From Schmidtea polychroa (lineage: Eukaryota), in the NCBI GenBank assembly GCA_044892525.1, contig CM097885.1:19222001-19286000 (forward strand): a DNA stretch of 64,000 bases. The letters run 5' to 3'. Each line of letters starts with the position of its first letter. Positions within the stretch are counted from its first letter, which is position 1. Of this stretch, positions 37,670-53,347 are shown piece by piece. Under the pieces are notes generated by a model that saw nothing but the letters and a program-made list of their open reading frames with translations, ran no database searches and was not told the DNA's origin. Made by a program: the position numbers and the translations under genes.

Positions 37670-40410
37670 TATCGACATTAAAAAATGCTCAAACAAAGAA
37701 AGGAAAGAGGGTATTGAGGAGGCAGTGAATCAATTTATGCTCCACCAACTATCAATAAATGAAATTCTCTATTGGTTTAAAAACAAATACCAAAAAGGTC
37801 AAAAACCAAATAGAGCATACAGAACTGAAAACAAAAAGCTAACTCTCTGCTCCTACCAAATTCAGAGACTCTACACATTAAACCCTGGCAGAGCAATAAA
37901 ATAAATTCATCAAGACTCGAACAAGGTCATAGACCTAACATCAGCGTCAATGGATCTACATTTCACGAGGACAAAACCTCCCAAGTTACAAGACTAGATC
38001 ACTATCACAGACAGAAAACCCGAATGGGAATCTTCGAAAACAATAACAGAAAAAGATGTAATCATTTCAATAAAGAACAGCAAAGACTCGGCTTCAGGAG
38101 ATGACGGAATCCCAATCAGAGCATGGAAAGATTGGTTAATGGAAGATCCGCTAACACCAATATTCAATAGAATACTGGAAACAAAGAAAATTCCTGATTC
38201 ATGGAAAACCTACTCTACAAAATTGATAATAAAACCAGGAAAAGATAGTCAGGCTCAAAATCCAGCCAACTGGAGACCAATAGCGTTGATGCCAACCAGT
38301 TACAGAATCTTCATGAAAATATTAAACAGAAGAATTCTCCAATGGATCCACAAACACAGACTTCTATCAGAATGGCAAAAAGCAGTAAATATAGCTAATG
38401 GATGCGACGAACACAATTATATAATAACAGTCCAAAAGGAAAAATCAAATAGAAAAAGATACAAAGGCCAACAGTGTCACCTTGTGTTCCTGGATCTTGC
38501 GGACGCATTTAGTAGTATACCACACGAAATTATATGGCATACTCTTCAACAAAAAGGCTTAAACAAAGACACCATAAACCTGCTGCAAGAGTGCTACAAA
38601 GACTGTCACACTATAGACCAAAGTGGAGACACAAAATCCAGCGAAATTAAACAAGAAAAAGGTGTCAAACAAGGATGCCCATTATCCATGACAATCTTTA
38701 GTCTCTGTATTGAATATCTAATACAAGCTGCAATAATAAGCGGAAAAGAAGTTCAGATCGCAGAAGAAAAATAAGTATCCTAGCCTATGCAGATGACCTC
38801 GTCTTAATGGCACCACAACATCATTTGATACAAGAACTGCTAGACATAATCGTAGAACAAGCTAAACTAGCCCATCTGATATTTAAACCAGAAAAATGTG
38901 GATATTATATCAACAAAAAACCAACGTTCGATGGGAAAACAACATTTACCTCAACGGCATCAAGATCAAAAAGATAAACGAGGAAAATCTATACACTTAA
39001 TTGGGGGTCTCAATAGGAAATACAAAAGAAAACGACCTAAACGAGATCTTCCAAGATATGGAAGCCAAAATAACAAGCATATTCAAATCACTCCTAAGAG
39101 CTTAACAAAAGATAGAAGTATACAACATCCCCTAAAGAAAAAAGGAAGAATAGGCATAACCAGAATCTGGGATGAACAGATGATACAAACAATAGCAAGA
39201 TTCCTAAAACTGATAAACAGCAAACATACAGCAATAGTAAAAATTATCACAGAAGAACTGATTGATGTAGCCGAAACCAGAACTGAAACTCCCATCAACT
39301 CATTACCAGAACCATTGAAGTGGCTGGATGGAACATATGAACATAAAAGATCAAGCTTAGCCAAAAGGTCCTGGCTCTATAGAATAAAAAACGCAATCAC
39401 ACAACTGTTAAAAGACCACAATATAAAGGTTACCTTTATAATTAGAAATATAGGTACAAGATGCAACATCAAATGCAACTCACAAGAAAAATCCGAAGAA
39501 GTTTTTCCACCTCATATAGATGAAGCCTCAAAGAAACTACACTGGATGATTTGTGAGGCATACTTTCAAAAATGGACAGAAGCTAACTGCCGAGACCATA
39601 TTCCGATATTACCAAAATCAGAATACACAGAATGGAAAATGCCGAAAAACCTGAAAGACTACGAATGGAGATTCATAATTAAGGCTCAAGCTAACATGCT
39701 TGACATAAATAATGAAACAATCAAACCAAGGAGGCAGATTAGGCAGCACAAAGTGCAGAAACTGTGAAAATCCCCACGAATCATCCATACATGTCCTAAA
39801 CATATATGTGAGAGGAACCAGAATGAGGACCAACAAGCACAATGAAATACAAAAAGCACTGGAAGAAATATTAAGAAACAACGGAATCAATTTTGAAACA
39901 GAAAAAAATACCAAAAGAAGCGAAGGAAATGTTAAAACCAAACATTGTAGCCAGATTAAAGGATCACATAATGATAATTGATGTAAAATGCCCATTTGAT
40001 GACCATTCAACCATTGAAGCATCAAGAACAAAAAACCAAAACAAATACAGAAAATTAGCACAAGACATCTAAGATGCAACAAACACATATACAACAGTAG
40101 AAACATTCGTGGTATGCTCCCCCGGAACATGGGACAAACGGAATAATGATGTATTCAGAAAATTGGGGCTCAGATATAAAGAGTACATGCCCATAATGAA
40201 CAAAATGATAGATAGAGTGATTGAAGGCTCCAGAAAAACATATGAAAATCATCGGGGCTTCTATCAATAACACAAGAAAAACGAGAATGGATGATTGTGC
40301 CCGCATCCTTAAAATGGCACACATGAATATTAAACACCCCATACAGTAGCTCGACTACTGTATTTGGCCTAGCATATTTATTATGCTGACTTTCATTTTC
40401 ATTAATAAAT
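37670..40410 (+). mobile_element. 5'-truncated, degraded RLE-clade non-LTR retrotransposon (NeSL/R5-like)
   Basis: RT motifs NWRPIAL, FLDLADAF, GVKQGCPLS and LAYADDL. C-terminal CRNC...ESSIHVLN zinc finger, KHNE (RHN-like) and IIDVKCPF restriction-like endonuclease. AATAAA near 40404. Confidence 0.88.
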
Positions 40411-40419
40411 CTTTGTATA

Positions 40420-40930
40420 ATGTTTGTTAGAAGTATATAGTTGTTAGTATTTGGTACCTAGTTGGTGGCTTATTGTTGGTTGACCTTCTAGATTTTGACA
40501 AGAATATAAGAAATAATCTATTTGTTGAATTAAAAAGAGCTTATTATAAGCAAATATTTGATGAATAAATTTTGTTAAGTTTTTAATTGTTATTATTTTA
40601 TGTGTAGGTATGTGGTTGTTAGTACTTGGTTGTTAGAAGTGCATGGTACTTGGTATCTAGTTGTAAGTACCACGTATCTAGTTGTTAGTACTTATTATTA
40701 TTATTGTTATTATTATTATTGTTAGTAAAATTTTTATTTAAATTCGTCTTCAAAAATTAATTCATAAAAACATTCATTTAAAATTTTTAATTCTCAAACA
40801 CCGACTATTATTCAAATCTTTTGTTAATACATTTTAAAATTATTACTTTAACCAATGTATCTGGTTAGTAGTGCTTAGTACTTTGTATATTGTACTTGGT
40901 TTTTAGTATCTGGTAAATTATGAAAAAATG
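40420..40930. repeat. Maverick TIR-like fragment
   Basis: gtacttggttgt(t)a repeats as at 7010-7030; ttattcaaa.cttttgttaata.attttaaaat.ttacttta as at about 1830-1870. Confidence 0.5.
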
Positions 40931-41149
40931 AATTTTTAAAACAAATATTCTAACAAAAATAACTTTTCCTATTTTCCAGAAAATAATTTGACATGGTTAA
41001 AATTATAATTAAGTATGCAAATTTGTTTTTCAACTCGTGACAAACTGAGTGAAAAAATATATAAAAATAATATTTATTCGTTTCCAATCTAAATCTATTT
41101 CTCATTAATTTGACAAAAAGAAGATTTTTTGCGTTAGTTTCAAATAATT

Positions 41150-41500
41150 TATATTTAGGCTTCTTAAGAGATTGATTGATTGCTACTTGAAATGAGATTA
41201 TTTTTTAATAAATTTTAATAATAAACTTATATTAAAATTAAGTTTAAGTTTTAATATTATCAATGTTATTGAAATAATGTCCTCCTTATTACAAAAAATT
41301 GTCGAAATTTTTTAAAAATAATTAAATGTTTTTATTAAATAAAAAATTTTTATATATAATAAATAAATTTGTTTAAAATCCTTAATTTGTATAGTTATTA
41401 TATCCCATCTGATGATGACAGGAAACTGTCAAAATATATCGCGAAAAGAATGTTTGATTGGCGTTATCTTATAAATAAATCATTGCCATGTATGTTTAAC
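41150..41500 (+). mobile_element. Penelope 3'/pLTR fragment with mutated hammerhead
   Basis: Homologous to about 61480-61890. CTGATGA-T-GACAG-gaaa-CTGTC-AAAA (the GAAA box reads AAAA). Confidence 0.75.
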
Positions 41501-42728
41501 TAATTATATATAAAACTATTCCAGTATTTTTAAAATTTTATGTTTTTATTTTTCATTTCATGTATAATTTCTATTTATTTATTTTTTACTTATAATCTGA
41601 ATTATAAAATATTTTAATTTTTTTCAAATAATAAGTTTGATAAATTGGATATCACTTCAAAAATTCAAAAACTAGTGTAGATAACTATTTTTAATTATCC
41701 ACGTGGACTCTAAATTGTTTCCGTTTTCGGTCAAAATTCACATAAAATCTTGATGATGGAAAATTTTCAAATGTATTTTTCAAAATTTTACATTTTAAAA
41801 AATATTAAAAAATATGAAAAAATATTAAATAGGCCAGGAAAGTATTTTGACAAATCTGTTAATTTTATTAATAAATATATATTATTTTAAAATTTCAATG
41901 TTAAATTTTTTTTTAATTAATTAATTACATACTTTTCTAAAAGAAACTTTTAATTTAATTCCTCGAAATTTATTTAAAATTCTTAAAGTTTTAAACTCGC
42001 TGCGAGAATTTTAAAAGTTGTTTAAAAATAGATAATGTCGTAAATAAAGAAATATTCATAAACATTATTGCAAACATTTATAACATTTAATATGTCTTGT
42101 TTTGTTTGAGAACTTATTGCAAAAATATTTGACTAATGTCATTTAGTTAATGATCGAAATAATATATGCATATTATACTTTAGGCAATCAAAAAGATTTG
42201 CAACTCTTTGAATATAGTTGACTTCTATGACAAAAGAAAGCAATCTTAAAACTTATTAAAAATCCGCATTCCTTCGGCTTTAAAATATTACATAATACAA
42301 TAAACACTCTTCAAAAACTTTAAAAATGAAAAAAGAGAATATAAAGTTCTTTATTCTCATTCGATTTCTATCCAACATCTATTCAAACTAATTTTTTCAA
42401 TATTTACAAGGACTGATGATCTTATATTCTATAGTGAAAAGGAAGAACGAGGGAAATTTAAAAATGAGGGTCTTATCAATTGACCAAATAAAACGACAAC
42501 AAAAGCGCACATAGAGTTAATTCTTGCTGTTTTAGCTGCGAATTCGTTCTCAATATATGAATAAATCATATAATTCTCAATTAAATAAAGCAAGTAATTA
42601 AAAATTAAATAATAATTCATTATTAAAATGAAATAAATTGATTTTAATAAAATTAAGAAGTATTTAAATAAAAATAAATAATTGAAAGTATTTAAAAATT
42701 AATAAAATCAATTATAAGATTGATATTC

Positions 42729-42871
<143 letters not shown>

Positions 42872-43934
42872 TGTTTGCAAGAAATACAAACTTCTTTAAT
42901 ACAAGTCGGTGTGCAAAAACCGATACCTCAAGTTGGAACATAAGAATTATAAGTACATTTAAAATACATTCACGCATTAAATTCGATACCAATCTCGATA
43001 TTTATCCAGAGTAAAGGCTTGGTCTTTCTCTTTTAAATTTGAAATGCAATCTGAACTTTTCATTAGGTGAACTTTAAACACTGATAGCACAGAAATATTG
43101 GAAGAACAGAAAAATTGATGTTGATGCAATTATACGTCCAATATATAGGTAAAGCGGTTCCATGTTACACAAATTGTTACGATTCGAGAGTTTTGAGTAC
43201 ATTTTCTTTTGAACAGTTGAAACAAAAGTGGCAATAATATTTTAACAATTTTTAATAATTTTTAACTTTAATTTTATGTTTTTATATTATTAGCCTTATA
43301 TTTTTATTTTATTTATCTATTTTCGGCAATTATTAAATTATATTTATAAGTTTTTATTTTTACATTTCTAATTTAATAAACTATAAAAATAAATGAACAT
43401 TTTGGTATTCATAATTACCGTTTCAAATGAAATTCACCATCATCATATACAGTTTCTTCGATATATTTTCTCGACCACTCATATGTTTATCAACCGAGTT
43501 CAGTGGTGTCTTCGGGTTTGAATTTTTATTATTAATCTGCACATTTTTTATCAAATAATAAAATATTTTACATATCAAACGGTTCTACTATGTATTATAT
43601 ATGTACTTTTATTTTATATTTTCAACCACTTTTTAATTTCTATATAAAAGTTTTATTCCATGAAACATTGACATTTAACGCACTGCTAAAGTTTGTGTGT
43701 TTCGATAATATAAGTTTTTTTTGAATTGTTTTATATTATAGAAGTTTTTGTTCCATGCAAACGAAATTATATAAACAAACAAATAATAAACACTTTCTAG
43801 ATAATGTGAGTTAGAAACAGCATAAATTGTACAACCATTGTATGTTTGAGTTTGAATTTTATTAAATACATTTCATTTTTATAAATATGAAATATGAATT
43901 TTTAAATCTGTTTAATAATAAGTATTATTTTCAG

Positions 43935-44016
43935 TTAATAGTTCCGGTGATTAAAACATATAATATTAATACCAAATACATTCCAATGTGGGTCAGAGAA
44001 ACATTTTTATGGCTGG
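43935..44016 (+). CDS. Serotonin receptor internal exon (ECL3 and start of TM7)
   Basis: TTTTCAG| LIVPVIKTYNINTKYIPMWVRETFLWL-G |GTTAGT. The phase-0 start fits the phase-0 donor at 27048. FLWLG is the aminergic TM7 motif. Confidence 0.88.
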
Positions 44017-44584
44017 GTTAGTAATAATTTTTTATTTGAAATAATCTTATATAATAACATTATATTACTTATATTTATTAATTTTATTATTAAAATCGTG
44101 CTGAATGTCAATTTAAAACAAAAAATTAATTAATTGAGTCTGATTTTTACACTGATAATTTCATTTAGTAAATGAATATAAATGAATATAAATAAATATA
44201 AATGAATATAAATGACACCCAACTATATTTTAAAAGATTTTTCCATGATTAAAGAAAATATTACTCTTTTGAAAATTCTATTTGATCTAACATTATTAAA
44301 ACGTTATTTAAAGTTATTGTTTAATAATTATGTATGTTTACATAGTCCGTCCAGTATAAATGGCAGTAATTTGTACCAATGTATCAAATAAATTCAGGTC
44401 TTTACCACATTAAGTAGCACTGAGAACTGCTGAGCGCTAGATCTTTCGGAAAGTAGTTCTTATTTCTTTATTTCTATTTTGAATTTGCTATTCTTAATTT
44501 TAAATAAAAAAATTTATTTTTTGCTCGCGCTACTGTTTTTATATCTATGAATTACGTATTTTAAGTTGCATTGCTCGATCAAAT

Positions 44585-44660
<76 letters not shown>

Positions 44661-45094
44661 TATATAATAAATTTTTTTTTTAAATTTTCACAAATGATTT
44701 CTTTTTAATTGAAGTTGTATTTATGTTTTAAAATTCAAAAGTAAACAAATAACAGTTTATAATTTGAAATTTAAATATATATAAATATATTTATATATAT
44801 AATAAAATTCTAAGAACTTTTTTTTTTAATTTCATCACTGATTTTTTTTCCATTGACATTGTATTTATTAAAATTCATTTATAATGAAAATTCTTAAGCT
44901 AATTTAATGTTATATTTTAACGTTCAGAACGCAAGTGCTCACAGCATTTCGCATATTAATTTTCAGATCCAACGATCTTATAACACTTCACACGTTTTCA
45001 ATAATTATTAAAGTTTTTAATGAAATATTATGTCTATGAAATTTTTTTTATTTGGAAATCAGGAGTATGTATAACCGTTTTTGCGTTATGTAAA

Positions 45095-46155
45095 TATTTG
45101 GCAGAGATTTATAGAAAACCAACTGAGACATGTCTTCTCTTTGAAAGTTTTTGTGAATTTAAATATAAGAGAAATATGGTAAATATGTTCATTTTTTTAT
45201 CTTCTACGTTTGCAAATTTAATAAAATTTGTTGATAAAGTGGCTGGGTTTGACAAGGAATTGACAAGGTTTGACAATTCAAAATCATTTTAAAAGAGAAA
45301 TTATATAAATTGATTACGAATCCTAAGGATGTATGTTTGAGAATGTCTGGTTGTATTTGAGTGGAGTGTGTAAATTTGACGGTGATGTAAATAACAACAA
45401 CAAAATGATGACTCTAAATTTGATCTTCTTTTTTCGTAATTGGAAAATTTTAAGACTAAAATAGGAAGTTAAACAAGCAGTTGGTAATTAAAATTTGTTT
45501 AAAGTACGTAATATGTTTATTAATAAGTTTAAAACTCAAATTGGGTTGTGTTCAGATTTCGTTTTCAATTTACACGTAATGATGCACTGCGGCATATATT
45601 GAAGAGACTTCTCGTCATCTTTGTACTTAAGTTCTTGAAAATTTTAACCAAAGGAATCATTTAATATTAGTGAGCACAATATTAAAAAATTTAACGATTC
45701 CGGAATCTTGTGAAATGTAAGGCGTTGTTGATAAAATCATTGAAAATTAATCTACAAAATGGTGTGAAGACCTTTATTTTGAATGTTTTTTAAATAGCTT
45801 GGATGTTGAATTGTTGGTAGATTGTTGGTGTTATTTTCAAAAGTATTAAATGGTTAATTAACTAAGTTAAATAATTTTAATTTTAATGTTTTTTAATAAA
45901 ATATTATTTATTTATTGTTTAAATTTAAATTAAAATGCGTATAATTAAAATATCAGTTTTAAAATAATTTAAATAAATTTATTTGAAAAATAATTAATTA
46001 TTAAAATTGAATTGAATATATTTTAAAATAATAAGATCTTAAAATTTGTTTATTAAATCCATAACATCTATAGTTTTTCTATCCTACCCGCTTATGACAA
46101 GAAAACTGTCAAAATATATTTTAAAACGTGTGTTTGAGAGGTGCTTTCTAATAAT
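45095..46155 (+). mobile_element. Degraded Penelope copy (RT end, GIY-YIG, pLTR)
   Basis: AEIYRKPTETCLLFESFCEFKYKRNMV. Later YIEETSRHLC (GIY-YIG) and a degenerate pLTR. Collinear with 57070-57127 plus 60847-61890. Confidence 0.8.
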
Positions 46156-47971
46156 TTTTGTAATTGTAATTTAAAATTATATTTTTAATTTTGCATACCA
46201 ATTATTTATGAAACAATTGATAACAAATTGTCATATTTTTAATATATTTAAATAAATAGAAATATTGAATTGAATAAAGTTATTAAAGTTATTGAATAAT
46301 TTTAATTACAAATTAATAAGTAATAACAATGAATTTTTATGAAAAGTGTAGCTGCTGAATGAGTTTCAAATTTAATATATTAAAGAATTTAACAAAATCT
46401 TGAAAATAAAATTAAAGATCAAAATTAATTAAAAAATTTTAAATATTAAAAATTTATTTTTTCAGTGGGAATAATATGATCAGGTAGCAAATTTGAGGAT
46501 GAATACGAATGTAATAATTTTAAATCTATCGATATTTAATATATAAAAATTAATTAATTAATTGATAAAAACAAATTCATTTAATTGAAAAACAAAATCT
46601 TTAATTTTCGAATCATTGGAGAGAACTGATCATTATAAAGGAGCAAAATACAGGCAAATGGTCATTACTTCAAAGAGGAAAAGCAGTCAAACGATTAGAC
46701 AAAATTGAGGATTAGAAATAGGTTGTCAGGGAGGTTCATACTTCTAAATATAAATTAGGTTGGTCAGCTTGAAAGGCATCAAGTAAAAGCTTTTACTTCA
46801 CCAGTGAAAATTAGAACAATTGTGATTTCGTGGTACAAATAAAATGTATTATGGTGAGTTTTATATTCTGATTAAAAACACTTGAAGTTAATAATTATAC
46901 TATTTATATATATATATATATATATATGAAAAATTACTCCAAAGTCAACCTAATTTGCCTTATGGTATAATTAAAAAAGTTTTCGAAATTATTTATAATA
47001 TTCAATAAATTTCCCTGGCATTTCATTAAAAGTCAATCACAGTAAGCATTAAATTATAAAAAAACAATGACATATTAATAAATAATTATCTTTCATTTAT
47101 TTTGAAGAAACATAATTAATTGTGGGGTTAGTATGGTTGATTGAATAAAATTCCTTAAATAGGTAGGTTTTGTTTTAATAATGATTGTAAATGTTGTTTA
47201 ATATTACAATAAGTTCTGCATGATGAATAATGTGAGCATTTAAACAAAAATATTAGTATTTTTAGTTTTTAATTATCTATCAGTCGTAGAGCAAGACAAT
47301 AAATCATGAATAACTAATCATGTTGTTAAATGAATGGTGGTGGGGGGTTAATAATGAATCTGGATTTGAACATTTACATGCACTAGAAAATTATAATAAA
47401 AAACATTATCCCTTCTATAATAATGAGGACATTAGTATTACCGCATCAATGAAACGGTGTAGAATTGAGATGTGTACCTGAAGAAGAAAACGATTTATTT
47501 GTGAATTTGTAATTAAAATTTGGTTGTGAAAAATGTTTCCCAGTTGTATTAAATTAAAATTAATTAGTTTCATTATTTTCTTTACTTTTCTTTCCTGTTA
47601 TTTACACCGACAAAACCAGTCGACCTCTTTTGTATCCATTCTTGAATAAATTAATAGATATATCATGGTTAAATTAATTTTGTAATGAATTATTAATTTA
47701 TTTCAAAGCGAGAGGCATGATTTCGTTTTTTTTTCCTTTGATGTTTTATATTATCTAGAAATGAGGATTTAATAAATATTATTTAATAAATTTAAGAGAA
47801 GGACATCTTGCTAAATAGTAGAGTAGATCGGAATAGTAGAGCGGATAACCTGTGACCGGTTACTGCTATGATAAGAAATATTTAAAAATATTTTATTCCG
47901 AAAAATAGGAAATAAATTTTGTAAATTCTTGAAAAACTTATTTATATTGGATTGACAATGCAAAGAAAAAC

Positions 47972-48072
<101 letters not shown>

Positions 48073-49204
48073 AAAGTTCTCACTTGTCAATCTCTTTTTT
48101 CCTAATGCATTTCAGATTATACATTTGTAACATATGATAAAAATTTATAGACGATTTAGACATGCTGAATAATATCAGCAAACTTAAAATATTATATAAT
48201 ATTATATACTATTAATGAAATTTTAGAAATTTAGAAATCAAAACATATTACACTTCATTAGTCTTAACAATAAAAAATATATATAAGGTGAAATAGTATA
48301 ACAAAATATTTTTAAAAATAGAATAAATAGACAAAAGGAGAATAAATATGCATAAATAAATATAAGATAAAATTGCGAGTTCTTGTATAGTATTGTTTAT
48401 CTGCTTCTTGATTCACTCATTTATAACTTTCAATAAATTTGTTTGGATATTATGTATATCTACATCTTTGTCTATTCTTAACGAAAAAGATTTAACTGAT
48501 TTCGTTGATAAGTCAAATTATACAAAACATATATTTTTAGTTGGGTGCTCTCATTTAATCTTTTAAAATCATACATTGGGATCCTTAATATTTATCACCC
48601 GGATTTTTGATCTATTTCATTCATATTTAAATAGTTTAGGAAACATGATATAAACATTAAATTGAGCCACAAATTTCCAAAAAGAGAATAAAAAAATTTT
48701 AAATAATTTAACAAAATCTTTCTAAAATTTTTAAAAATTAAAAAAACTTCCTAAAAATTCAAACAATAAACAAATGAAAAATAAGTTTGTCCTCGTTCTT
48801 TTCTTTTCTTGAAATGAGTACGAATCTCTAACAATAACCCCTCTTCAATTCAGCAAGAGGAATTTCCAGAAAATTATTCTCCGAGCAATTTCCCACTGAT
48901 CGAACATAAGTCAGGTACAATTAATCATTAATTGCATTCTTTAACATTTTATAAATTAAAAGTTTTATTAGTTTAGTTCAAGCAAGAGAAATTCAGTCAA
49001 GATAATTGTCTGTTCATTCTGTCAAACTGCGCGCCGACGCCGTACGGGTAAATAATCATCTATATAGATTGTTCAAACAGACATTAAAATTTGCATATTC
49101 TGACGTTAGTTTAAAAATTTTGTAAATATAATTATTTCATTAACAAAATTAACTTACATTTTTAAGTTATTAATATTGCATACAAATTCATTTTTAAAAT
49201 TTAC

Positions 49205-49378
<174 letters not shown>

Positions 49379-49549
49379 TAAATTGATGATTTCTTGGTAG
49401 CAGCATTTATTATTTAAAACAATAAAGTGATAATTTAATAATGTATTTAATGAAAGAATTTTCGACTATCTTATTTTTTCATAAAATACATTATTCGCTG
49501 CAAAAGGCTGAAATTATCACTTTATTGTTTTAAATACTAATACTACTAC

Positions 49550-49601
<52 letters not shown>

Positions 49602-51299
49602 TTCGAAAATATTTATGACTGATAATAAGTAAAGAGAATATTTCTCTGTCAGTTTGTTTGATTAATTGTTTGAAGAAAATATTTTATTGTTATGTTATTC
49701 GTATAAATAAGAGTTATTTTCTTTTAAATAAAAATTCAGTAAATTACCAAGAATTTGCTTTATCCAATGCAAATAATTTTACAATTTCCATTCTTAATTA
49801 TAAATTTCAAATTTAAACATAATTATTTTTCAATTCATCTAAAATTAAATTTGAATGTAATTTGTTTTAATTGGTGTTGGATAATACGTAGGAATTTGTG
49901 TAATGTTCATCTCACCCTTACTACTCAATAAAGGTCAGTAGCTAATAACTCACTAAATATTTACAGATATAATACGAAAATGTTCCTATTTTGATTAGCT
50001 AAACTTTTCAAATGTAATTATTTTTGTTTAAATGAAGCTTATTATTAAGAAAACTTTGAAAATTCTTAAATAATAGTTTTGTTCAATATATATAAATAAA
50101 CAATAACAAATGTTTTTATCTGAGATTTTTTCCTCCAATAACTGTTTCTATGTTCATATGACCGTAAGTTACACTCAAATGTTGTATGATTTTTGTTTTC
50201 CTCATTTCAATTTCTCAATGTAACTTTGCTGTTTTGATGCTAAATAACTGGTGACTTTTTGTACTAATTTGCAACTGTGTTAATCTGAACTGCTATATGT
50301 TAAAAAAATACAAGTAGAACTAATATTTAAAGTAATTACCCTTAAGTACTATTTCCTTTTATTTCGATGATTCTTTGCCATTTTGAAGACTGTTGAACTC
50401 GCACTTTTTCGCTCGTTCTATTACCTAGTGTGATGTGATTTTTTTCATTTTTGAGTAATCGTGACTTATGATTTAAGGTGCCGTGAAAAAGGGATTTCTA
50501 CGATTGAAAATCGTCATAAATTGAAAACTAATTCTCCTATAAAACAACAAGAACGAATTTGATGTCACTGTTGTTTACACTGTTCTTGGTCGACAAATAT
50601 GATTTTGATCTTCAATTTTGATGTAGGTTAGACGGAATTGATGAGGGTTTTGGTTTTATTGAATTCAGTATTATATAATAAATTAAAGTGTAAATGCATT
50701 TTGGGATTATCATTGTCTTCTAGTGTCACGTCAATTGTGCAATGCTTGTTTAGAAAATATTTTTTATACATACTTTTGGTTTAACTATTGTGACAAATAA
50801 CATATCAAGGATTTATTTAATAGTTTATATAAGTTAATTATTTTAAATTCTGACTTTATTAATTGTATTGTGTTTAATATTTTGATTGGTTGGATCAATG
50901 AGTCACTTACAAATCGGAATGAATCAATACATAATATTAACATTTTCTGCTTAAAAAGGTAACTGATAATTTTAATAAAAAGTCACGTATGAAAACAAGC
51001 ATAAATGATTAAAATTTTAAAAGATATTAATTATAATTTATTTCACAAAAAAAAGCTAAAAATAGATTTGATAAATAAAACGATTATAGATGTTTATAAT
51101 AACATTTTAAAATATGTTTATTGAAAAGCTTTTATTTTTATAGTTAAAATTAATTATAATAAAACCGACAATTTGCAGTTATGATTATTAGTAAAAACAA
51201 AAATATTACAACTCCACGCAAAAAACACCAAATGTGGGGAAAATATTTCATATCTTTTTTTTAAATTTTTTATGTTATTGATAGACAAAAAGGTTTAGC

Positions 51300-51487
<188 letters not shown>

Positions 51488-52819
51488 TTACAATTTTTTT
51501 CATTTATTTATATTTTTAGCCATTTGATAATAGATTTTCTTTTTTAAATAAACAATTATTTTTGCTAAATTTTATAAATTTATTAAATGAAATAAGTGAT
51601 TAATTTGTATTTTTCCTTTCATAAATCTAATCACCATCTAAATCTAAATTATTAAAAATTAGTTAGAATACCAAAAACAACTGAGATTGAAAAATATTCA
51701 TTACGTTTATCATTTTTCAATCACAAATAATTATTTATTCATATCTTCAAAATTACAATCTACTCTGAATATGTGGGAATTTATTTTTGGGAAATTTATC
51801 CTTAAATTTATATTTAGATAGTTATAATAATATTTATTACTTTTCCAAGTGGTAATATAAAAGATCGAAGGTGTATGCCAGATAAGCTGTCATTTTTAGA
51901 TTTTCTTGTCAGTGTAAAAATACATTTACGCCTATATTATAAGATAAATTTTGTTTTAATAGATGACCATTTGAATCGATAGTAGCCTCAGTTACATTCA
52001 AAAGCTTATGTAAAATATTCATGATGGTCTTTGTTTATCTACATGATATCTTGATAGTTGTGTTCTGGAGATACAAAGTGTATAAAATATAAGGAAAAAT
52101 TGAAAAATATTACAAATTAATTAAAAACTAATTAACTATTTAAAAAAGTAAAAATCAATATTTTTAGGGGGAAGTGGTGAAGAGTGACCAATAAAAATAT
52201 TAAGTCATATAAAATATTTTTAAATTGAAGAGTAGTTCTTAGGAGAGTTTAAAAACAAATAATGTGATTATATCGAAAAGCGAAATAAGAAACCTAGTTA
52301 ACAAAATAAAATAAGGAGAAAATAGTTCCAGTATTCCATGGACATCTCGGATAACGAGATGACAATTCCCATTGAAGAAAAATGATGAATGGGGACAAAT
52401 CCTTCGAATAAAGTTAGCCAAACCTAATTTGTATTTAATTAGGCGATGATATTTATTGGGTGTCTACCCCATCATTCGTTAATTGTTATAAGATCAAAGT
52501 GTATTTATTTTTGTTTGAATAAATGTTATTTTGTTGGGATTCGATTATTGATTTTGATTGAACACGAAGAGCCAGATTAAAACAAAAGACCTATCGACAA
52601 TTTGTTAATATCCAAACGTTTGGTAGAAATAACTAAAAAACATGAAATATTAGAATTTAATAGATTGAAAAATAATCAGGAAGGTTACTTAATTTAATAA
52701 ACTGAATCAGGCATAATTAGTATAAAGAGTAATGGAACAATCTTTAAAAGATAAATGAAATCAACTCAACAAAAGTAGTGAAATGTTCTTCATATTCTTC
52801 TTATTATTTTCTTAAAGAA

Positions 52820-53266
52820 TGTTTGCTGCGATGGATGACTTATTGAAAATTACTGTTGGACAAAAACAAACAATTAAAGACGAAAAGGATTTAGGAAAGA
52901 AGGTTCTATAACTTCAAAACCAGATAATAAGAAAACGTTGGTGAGAATTCTTCAAGTATTCAATCATCAAAACGATGAGAAAGAAAAAGATTATTTTGAG
53001 TCTCTCAAATCAGAATTTACAGAGAATAGTAAAGAAAACGATTCATGTCCACTGTGTGTTATTGTCCAAGAAATTCTTACTATTGAAAGATTGCGACTTA
53101 AAAGATTACTCCGACTTTTTGAAACGAACCAACCTGATATCAAAAGTAAGTAAGTGGATTATTTTAAAATTTTTTAGCTTGTAAATTGCACACCACTGAA
53201 AAAACATTAGTACTTATAGAGATAAAAGATGCGGTTGAAGGTATATTGGATAGAGGAGCATGAAAG

Positions 53267-53347
<81 letters not shown>

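Noticed and set aside
42412..42440. CTGATGA...GAAA motif
   Set aside because: Weak stem II and no convincing stems I and III.
52230..52800. Penelope-like RT traces (MGTNPS, DDI); similar traces at about 42880-43200 and 46590-46730
   Set aside because: Only isolated short motifs; cannot be supported without a search.
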